Assembly (NCBI GenBank): GCA_021613535.1
Contig: CP075493.1
Location: 2,728,001-2,792,000, forward strand
Source: Adineta vaga
Taxonomy: Eukaryota > Animalia > Rotifera
Reading direction: 5' to 3'
DNA length: 64,000 nucleotides
Of this stretch, positions 55,031-64,000 are shown piece by piece (position 1 is the stretch's first letter; every line of letters begins with the position of its first letter). The notes beneath the pieces are model-generated. The model saw only the letters and a list, made by a program, of their open reading frames with translations. It was not told the DNA's origin and did not search any database. The position numbers were made by a program, and so were the translations under genes.

Positions 55031-58000
55031 ATGTTTGTCATTTCTTGTGCATTTATCGGTGTATTTCTATTTATTATTGGTTCATCCGGTAATGGCCTAT
55101 GTATAATAGTATTTCTTCGAGAAAAATTTCGTCATCGTATTATTACACCTTATTTTATTGTTCTTCTCTTTGCTGATTCTATTTATTTATTATTTCGTCT
55201 AACGAAATTATATCATTATTCTCAAACACTTTTCAATCGAGATGCTCAATCACCAGAATCATGTTCCAATACATTACTTGCACGTGCATATCGATATGCA
55301 ACACAAAATTGGCCACAAACTTTAGTACCATTAGTTCATTCGGAAACTTACATGCGTTTTTCATTGATATTAATGTGTATTATGACTGTACAGCGAACAA
55401 CATTTATAACACGTTCATTAAAACGTCTTGTTCTACCAGCTGCATTTAGTGATACACATAAACATAAATGGACATTTCTATTTATTCTCATAGCTTTTTG
55501 TATTGCCTATACATTTGAATTTGCTGGTTTAACATTATTTTGTTCGAAAGCAAATAATCGTGATATATCTTTTGAATGGTTTAATTATATGACAAAATAC
55601 ATGGAAAATTCGACGTCTCTTCTAACGAATACAATGCTTGATCAGCCTAAAAATCTCAAATGTGTGAATTCAATTTTAACAACATTACGTGAACAAAATC
55701 AAAGTTCATCAATGATTAATAAGAGTGAAATATGTACTCAAGAGCAATTTGTAGATATTTTATCGCATTATTTTGATCAACATCAAAAACCGATTGTTAA
55801 TTTAATACAAAAAATCTTACATAATCAAACAGGTTATCCAATAACACGAAATGAAATTCGTCGTAAATTTCATTTTCATGAATGTTTATTTCCACAAGAT
55901 CCAAATTTTTTCCATCGATATTATAATTTTATGTACAATCGAATGATTGGATTTAATCGGCATACTTTAATTTTAGGTAAGATAATCTGTCGTTTGTTTT
56001 CTTCCTATTCTCGTACTCGATGAAACCGATTACATAAAAACAAATTACAAAGGCGCAATAAATAGTACCAAATAGACTCGAATAGAAATGTTTTCTCATG
56101 AGAATATCGACGATAAATGTCAATATTTTTAGTTTTATCGAAATACCAATAATCATTTGCGCGTGTATGAAAATCGCTTAATACTCTAGTGAATAAATAA
56201 AATTATATGTAATGCTCTTAACTTCAAAAGAAGCTAACGAGAACGTATAGACTTTTGAGAAAAGTGGATAGAAATTCTCATGTGAATATTTGTTGTAAAG
56301 TTTGATAATCAAAAGTACTAAAATAACTTGAATAGCATGTTGAATAAACAATGATTGATACTACCAATGTCTCAAAATAAAATAGACTTTCGGAAATCTA
56401 TAGAAACTTGTCAGACAAAGAAATTATTAATGAATGAGCAAACGGAAATGATTGTAAAGAATGAGTATTTTTGAAAAATTTAATCTAAAAGAATCGGTAT
56501 AGTATACTCAAGTAACATGCAAACGTTTTAGTGCGTTATTAATTGTTTCTATTAAAAATTTATACAAATAATATTAGGTTTAATTCCAAAGAGAAGAAGA
56601 AGAAGAGAGAAAAAAAACGTTTTTTGTCTCTAGACAGAAAACGAAGACAACAAGTTCCTCGAACTTCTCGATCAACGCAATTGAGAATAAACTGTAAGAA
56701 TTCATGCATATCCTAGACACAAACGTAACGTAATCAATCAAAATATTTCATGAATAGAAATGAAATCCATTAATAAAGAGATATATTGACTTTTCAGGAA
56801 TATTCAATGTGTCAGAAAAAGATAAAAGAACAAAGTACTAGTTGACATATGAGAGAAAAACACAACAAAACTTGATATGATGAAGTGTGTTTCTATGTTT
56901 TCTCAAAATACTAATTAAAAAAGAACAATCATTTAAAAGACCTTCACGAATCAACTTACCATCTAATTTCTATGATTATATGTGTGTTTTTCAATCAGAA
57001 TTTGTTTTATATAAATCATATCCGTACAATAGATTTTCTAAGAATTAATGTAGTAATCATTCGATCTTCTCAAGCAGAAAAGAAATAAACTACACTTTCT
57101 TTTCTTGAATTCACATATTCTCATCTATTTCTAGTTTCAAATAGCATCAGTATATATAGTATTAGTCAAAAACTGCAATCTGTCGATGATTGAATGAATA
57201 AGAATGTAAGACCATTGACAGATGTCAGAAGAAAAAGAAGACATGTATATTAATATAAATTCTATAACAATTTCGAAACTATTTTAACGCGAAATGTACT
57301 TCTAAAGGTCATCGATATTAATTTTCAAAGCTGAATAAGAACTTTCCGTTTTGTCTGTTAACATGACAAATATATGAATTATTTATGAATTCCGCTTTAC
57401 TGATTCACTATAATCAACACGTTCGAAGCTTACATAATTTTTATGATCCTTGATAATGTTATTTTCAACTTATCTAAATTTGAATAAAACATTATCATTA
57501 ACTTAAAGTCTAATTATTAATGCTGTATATGTATTTAATTTCATGCGGATGAACGTATATCTTCTTCGATGTTAATCGAAACAACAAGAATATAAAATTG
57601 TAAATTATCATTTTACTTTTTCTAGTTTTTGGAAATATTCTTCCATCATTAATCACCATTATAAGTAACATTTTATCTCTTTATAATGTCCGACAATTGA
57701 ATAGACTCACAGCAAATTTTATTTTACCATGTCGTCGTCGAACCGATGATACACGTCGAGTTTTACTTGTTATTACAGTTGAATGTATATTGGCAATATT
57801 AAATTCCTGGTTTAGTGATATTTTTCTTTCACTTATTTATTGTAAACGTAAATTATTAGCTGATGATGATTGTCCATCATTTTTACGACAAAATTATGAA
57901 GTTTTAGTTATGTTTGATATATTTAATTCTATCTCAAATATTATCTTACATTGTCTATGTGGAAAACATTTTCGAAATGAATTACGATCAATATTTCGAT

Positions 58001-58437
58001 CGATTTATGAATTAATAAAACGTATATGGACAAATATATGTTGTTGTTATCTTCGAATTCATTGGCGACAATTTTATCGAGATCAATATATTGCATATTA
58101 TGCATCAATTACAGAAAATGATAATTCAAATAATTCTAATTCGGAATCAATCTATTTAGAAATTAAACCAACAACAAGAACATTTCAACATTATTGTTGC
58201 GATTGTCGATGGTATCTTAATCGTGAACCATTAGTTGCATCACGACAATGCTTATCGAATATATCAAAAGAATGTTTGAAAAAAAATCATCTACCATTTT
58301 CAGGACATTATCATTCGGTAACACAAACAACACAGATGACAAATCATAATTCTATGAGACTTTATTTTCCTCAACGACAACGACCACAACAAACGGAAAT
58401 GAAATCAATGAAGAAAACATCATGTTTTTGTTTTTAA
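55031..58437 (+). CDS. Divergent class A GPCR, two exons (intron 55977-57625)
   Basis: GSSGN, LLFADS, VQRT, GNILPS, NIILHCLCGKHFR; the splice joins in frame. Confidence 0.8.
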
Positions 58438-58710
58438 GAATGAATTTGCTGTATTCTCTTCTTCTTCTTTTTTAAATACAAATAAAAATTTACCTCGGTG
58501 CAACATTTTCTTCTCTCTATAGTTGTCGCTTCATGAAATAAAAACGTACATTCATATCGTTTACTGTTAAGAAACAATTAAGAAGTGAAGAAAGAAATGG
58601 CAGCAATATAGAATTTCTTTCGATAGAATGTCCTCTTATGACAATAATTGAAAGCGCCTTTTTAAATAAATATTCATTTGAATGGATAAGATTCTTTTGT
58701 TGATTATAAC

Positions 58711-60168
58711 ATGTCGAATAATGATCAAACAGTTCAATTTCCAGTTGCATTAAAACCTCTTCTAACTGATTTTGTTGTTAATGTTTTACGTGAACGAATT
58801 CCATCAGAAGAATTATTTTCATATGCAGTAAAATATTTTTCCGAAAGACAAAATAATAATTCATATGTACCGATCAATGATGATAATGAAGAACGAACAG
58901 GTGTGTTTTTAACAAATCAGACAAGTGGAATATCGGAAAATAATGAAGAAAATATTGATAAGGATAAACAACGACGAAAATCTGTTTGGGGCGGTTCACC
59001 GGTAAAGAAGAAAAAACGAAATGTAAGTAAATTGAATCATTATTCATTGATTTTAGGATCCAGATCGAGATTTAACTGATAAAGTAGTTATGAAAAGTTC
59101 GGATTTATTCGAAAGATTATGTCAAATCGTTCAAGATACAGTAATTTATGTTGGTGATGATCCTTCATTAGTCAAACAATTTGTTAAATATTTAACACCA
59201 AAAAATGTTTTAAAAGATGAAGAAATTATTCGACAAGGTGATGAAGGTGATTATTTCTATTGTATTGAATCTGGTAAATATGATGTTGTTGTAAATGGAA
59301 AGAAAGTTTCCGAACTCGATAATAAAGTAAATAATTTCAAATCTACTCAATAATAAAGGTTAAAGATAATCATTTAGGGATGTTTTGGAGAAATTGCTCT
59401 ACTTTACAGGTACAATATTTCTTCTTAGTTCAATTTTGGATCTCAAAGTTGTGACATTGATGAGGGGAATATATGTTTGATAATCTTTTGAAATCACCTA
59501 CAGTATTACAAACTAAACGTAATTCGAGTTTAAAGATTAAGAAAGATTAGATAATGATTTCATGATGAAAATGTACTCATTTTATTCGGAATGTCATATT
59601 GATCTTGTAACTGAATCTAAATGTCTACTTTAGTCAACCACGTACAGCTACGGTCATGGCTACAACGGCTGGTAAATTATGGTTAATTGATCGCGATACA
59701 TTTTCTACTTTGACTGTTTCATTTGCTATAAAACAACGTGAAAAATATTTAAAATTTCTTCATACTGTTAATTTTATTCAAACATTTTATGCTCGCGGTT
59801 GGCTTAGTGATAATCGTCTTGAAGATTTAGCTGATGCTTTACGTCCGCGATATTATTTAATTGATCAAATAATAATTCAACAAGGTGATACAGATGCTTA
59901 TGAAATGTTCTTTATTGAAGATGGTTTAGTTAAAGTAACACGAAAAGAAAAGGATGGAAGTATAAGAGTATTGAAAACGTTGGGACCAGGAAAATGTTTT
60001 GGTGAATTAGCATTATTAGAAAATAAACCACGTTATGCAACAGTAACAGCATTAGAAAAATGTCGATTTGCAACATTAGATGCGAAATCGTTTGAAAATT
60101 TACTTGGAATTGAACTAAAAACGAAACTAAAAGAATTTGTTGAAAAAGAATATGCGACTGGAACATAA
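58711..60168 (+). CDS. cAMP-dependent protein kinase regulatory subunit, RII-like
   Basis: D/D domain (LLTDFVVNVLRE..YAVKYF), RRKSV inhibitor site and two cNMP-binding domains (FGEIALLYSQPRTATV; FGELALLENKPRYATV). Confidence 0.88.
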
Positions 60169-60216
60169 TATTTACTTTCTTTTTTCAGATCGAACCTTTT
60201 TTCTTTAGATTAATTT

Positions 60217-61595
60217 ATGTCTGGAAAAGTTCGACAAAGGTAGTGAAAATAATTATCTTATTTTGAAAGTCTATAAAAAGATTACTTTTCTGTCTATCTT
60301 ATTTAGACCTACAAGTGCTGCTGTTAGTGTGAAAGAAGCAGTTCAAATCATTGAAAATGCTTGGTGTCGACATCGTGATAAACAGATGTTTCGATTATTA
60401 AAACATGCAATATGTGCAGCTGAACATGCTCTATCCGATGATATTCTTCGTCGAATAGCTCCACGTGAAGCTGAACTTTTACGTGATCCAAGTATGAATG
60501 TTAAAGTTAAATTTCGGTAATTATTTCTTAAAATCGATATGAAACAATTTCTTTTTCATTTTTAGTTTTGGTGGTTCGGAATTTCCGCCGGTTATTTATT
60601 TCAAAATTTATGTTCGTAATTTTAACGGTGCTCTTCCAAAATATGTCGATGGGAAAAAAATTATCAATGCCGATATGAACGTATATAATCAGTTTTAAGT
60701 TTGTATCAGATATGTTTCTATTGTTTTATCTGAATGAATAGGCTCGTGTCGCAGCATGTAAACAAATGGGACAACGTGTATTTTATCAACAAATGCTTTC
60801 TGATTCCTTTCATAATAAGGGTGGACGAGCAACACATGAATTGGATGTTGTAACTTTAAAAGACTATATGCAAGTAAGATATTCATCTATTTTTTTGCTT
60901 CAAACAATTGTATTTTTAGTATACAAGTTTAGTTGATGAATTACCTTCATATCTTGGTGGAAGAGCAAATAGTTGGCGACGATTAAATCTCGAAGGTTTT
61001 TATTTGATATTTTCCGTTTGAATCAACACGAATGTTCGTTTCTATCTTAGATATTCCAAGACAAACAATTTTCTATGATATTATCAGTTACATCGAATCT
61101 GGTCGAATCACATCTGAATTACGAGATAATATACCTTTACTTCTCACTCAACCTTATGCTCCATCGATTCAATTACAACATATTCAAATACTAAAACAGA
61201 TTAAGTATGGAAAAGATGAATTTTTTAATCAAAGATCTTTTCTTCTTGAAAACTTATATTCAGATTAACGCCAACATCACGAACAAGTCATACATCTTCA
61301 GCACTTCCAAAAAAACCACTATCAACTGCACGTCGATCTCGTCGTGCTATGGAAAATACTTCAAAAATGCGTCAAAGCTAATTTGGGAACTGTATCTGAA
61401 TCGTTACCGACAACTCTGATCCTTCAATACGAACAACAAGTAACAACGAATCCATTTGATAAAGAAAAAACAATTGATGCATTTACTACTAAAGATGAAT
61501 TCAATGATGGTGAAGTTGACGCTCTCTATGCCTGGGCTGAAAAACTTCAATGGAGTGATGATTTATTCAAAATAGATCGAGTTTCGACTGCTTAA
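60217..61595 (+). CDS. CXorf58: CXorf58-like uncharacterised protein
   Basis: PREAELLRDPSM..KFRFGGSEFPPVIYFKIY, DELPSYLGGRANSWRRLNLE, IPRQTIFYDII. Confidence 0.75.
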
Positions 61596-62040
61596 CCAAG
61601 ACAAATTTTTTCTTCTTTATGTATTTAATGCTTCTCTCATGTCTGAAACGAGATCAAAAAGAAAGAATTATTTTTCTACTCGAATGTGCGAATTGAACAA
61701 ATGAATGATTGATGTTATGCATATAATATCCAACAGCTCGTTTGTCTCTTTCCTTCTCAACTCTAGGTGAGATGAGTCGATTAGACGATTAATTTAGTGG
61801 AACAGAGAAATGAAAATAGGATCAAGTGTAAAGGAAAAAACAACCAATAGACAATTTTAATCATATAGAGAGAGAAAGAGAAGAAAAGAAAATGAATGAG
61901 AGTGGATTAGTCCAATAGATCAATTACATTAATGTGTGAAATAACTGCATAATCGTGATCATATCTATCATTTGTGAAAACATAAGACAGGCAGTTAGAT
62001 GTATGAAACTAACATTGTTGAATATACAAATCGAAATAAA

Positions 62041-62998
62041 ATGGAAGAAACAACAGCAAAAGTATTTGCTCGATTACATCATATGAAAAGTGTATTATGT
62101 AAAACAATTAAAAGTAAGTTATCTATCAATCCTCAGATGAATGAAGACGATAGTTTAATACTATGAAATCTACTTTGCAATTCACTCGTATCTCATTGAG
62201 GAAAATCGAACTTTTCTACTTAGTTACTTGTCTTATGTGACATATTCAATATATTTACTTTTGTTTTTAGAAACGCCGAAATTTTGTGGTGGTATTAGAA
62301 ATCAAAATGTCACATATTGTTCTCCAACAAGTTATATGTCAACAACTGACGATGAGATCGACAAACTATACGAACCGACGGTGACTTCATTTGCTGATGT
62401 GAGTAATAATGCGACAGAAGAAAGTAACAAAATATTTGATTTTATTTCGATTTAGATTACATCGGATGATACGATCTCAGCTATCAGTAGAGATTCATCT
62501 GATTCTGGTGTGTCAACATTGAGTGACTTTTCACACTGTTCATTATTGTCATCGACGTCATCAATTCATCGATCAATAACCAAATCACAATCATGTCATT
62601 TAAGGTGTGATCCATCATTCATTAATTATGTTTCACATAATCTATTATCTTCGGATCGTTCGGAGTTTTTTCTCAATGAAATTGAAGAATCTCCATCAGC
62701 ACAATTACCATTAGCTGAAAGTAGTCGACGAATTGTTTATGAAAATGATCAAACCATTATCGCCGAAGATGAAGATGAACATGCCGGACCATTGACATCA
62801 ACATTAGTAGATGGATGGTATACGATTACAAAAAGTTACTCCGCAATCTTTCGTCAGGATTTAACTGTACGAAAGAATGAACTGGTACAAGTACTTCGTT
62901 GTACACATCCACATTGGGTTTGGGTACGAAATGAAGAAAGTAATGAAGGTTTTGTACCAACAGATTGCCTTACCGCTTCATCATTATTGCAACATTGA
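62041..62998 (+). CDS. Ser-rich protein with a C-terminal SH3 domain
   Basis: DLTVRKNELVQVL..WVWVRNEESNEGFVPTDCL; upstream exons inferred. Confidence 0.75.
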
Positions 62999-63288
62999 AA
63001 TGGCAAAAACGTGTTGTTGCTGTTTTTTTTAAACAAATCTATTCTGAACATTGAAAATAATGTACTATTCATGTTGTGTGATGTATATAGTTTGATTTTA
63101 AACTAAAAAGAAGAAAATTGTATTTTTAAATGACTAATGATCTTTTGAATTGCTTCGAATACGTAGCGAAAGAAAAGAAATATAAGTACGTAATAAAAGA
63201 CTGAAAGTAGATTATAGATATGAATATTGAGATTATTTATTAGGAAATCATACTGATGATGTTATTGCACATTGGCATGTTTATTTAT

Positions 63289-64000
63289 CAGGGCTCCGTG
63301 TAGGATCGGATGGGACGAAATTTTTTCGTCCCATCCCATCCCATTATTTAACAAAAAATCTCAAATAGCATTTCAAAAACGGATTTTTCGGATCATTGTC
63401 AGTTCTATCAATCAGATTGAGTTTTTCAGTATTTCGTGTTACATTTCTTAGCTTTTTTATAATGAAGTTCACCACATTTTTTACCTTTTTTTAAAAATAC
63501 ATATCACTATTTATATAAATACAAAAAATAAATAACGGAGTAAATTAGAGTGATAAATGAATACCTCCTCCTCAGCTCCCTCAAGAATAAAGGGCTTTGG
63601 GCCTTATATTATGTCGCGACACATTCGGTTCAAAACCTGGCTAAATATCCGCCAAAATACACACAATTCTCCCGAAAATTTCCTTCCAGTGGCCTTCTAA
63701 GAATGATGAATGGGTTATATTAGTTCAAATTTAGAGTACCTTTATTTTGATCGAGATTACCATCTAATTAGTATGCCTTGTAATCACTCAAAGAGTCTTT
63801 TAAAAAACACATTTTTAAGTTGTTTTTGTTGCATAATTTCGACCAATATCCATGTTTTTTTTCGATAAATTGAGAATTTCTATAGAAAACTTGTCCCACG
63901 GGATGGGATGGGATTTTAAAAAAATCTTCGCCCCATGGTGGGATGGGACTCTAAAAAATTTTCCGTCCTATCCCATCCCATGGGATAATAATTTTTTAAA
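63289..64000. mobile_element. hAT-like MITE with GGGAT/ATCCC subterminal arrays; right end beyond the window
   Basis: Starts CAGGGCTC; arrays of gatgggacg/tcccatccc at 63305-63345 and 63895-63985. Confidence 0.65.

Overview
Eukaryotic, very AT-rich, gene-dense DNA with many ~50-65 nt GT-AG introns. The style fits a bdelloid rotifer, which is an inference from composition, intron size and repeat types. Gene identities come from my recognition of motifs, not from database searches. Minus strand: PAPD5/TENT4, EMC3, CCDC97, NUDT2, TM9SF4, a class A GPCR, a large CDK5RAP2/centrosomin-like gene, an orphan secreted protein, a PARL-like rhomboid and CCDC43. Plus strand: an Atonal-type bHLH, a TSP1-Ig-trypsin pseudoprotease, a second GPCR, a PKA regulatory subunit, a CXorf58-like gene and an SH3 protein. 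Two things stand out. (1) Operon-like clusters: co-oriented genes lie as little as 46-48 bp apart, and each ATG follows an apparently unpaired YAG|AT splice acceptor, suggesting polycistronic transcripts resolved by SL trans-splicing. (2) A rearranged block at 15.8-34.9 kb: a ~4.1 kb direct duplication (Atonal body plus CDK5RAP2 3' end) flanks a 6.6 kb mosaic of gene fragments with inverted TACTACTA/TAGTAGTA junctions. One copy also holds a 4.4 kb composite Helentron/HINE-like element with two 3' ends that carries an intact EF-hand gene.
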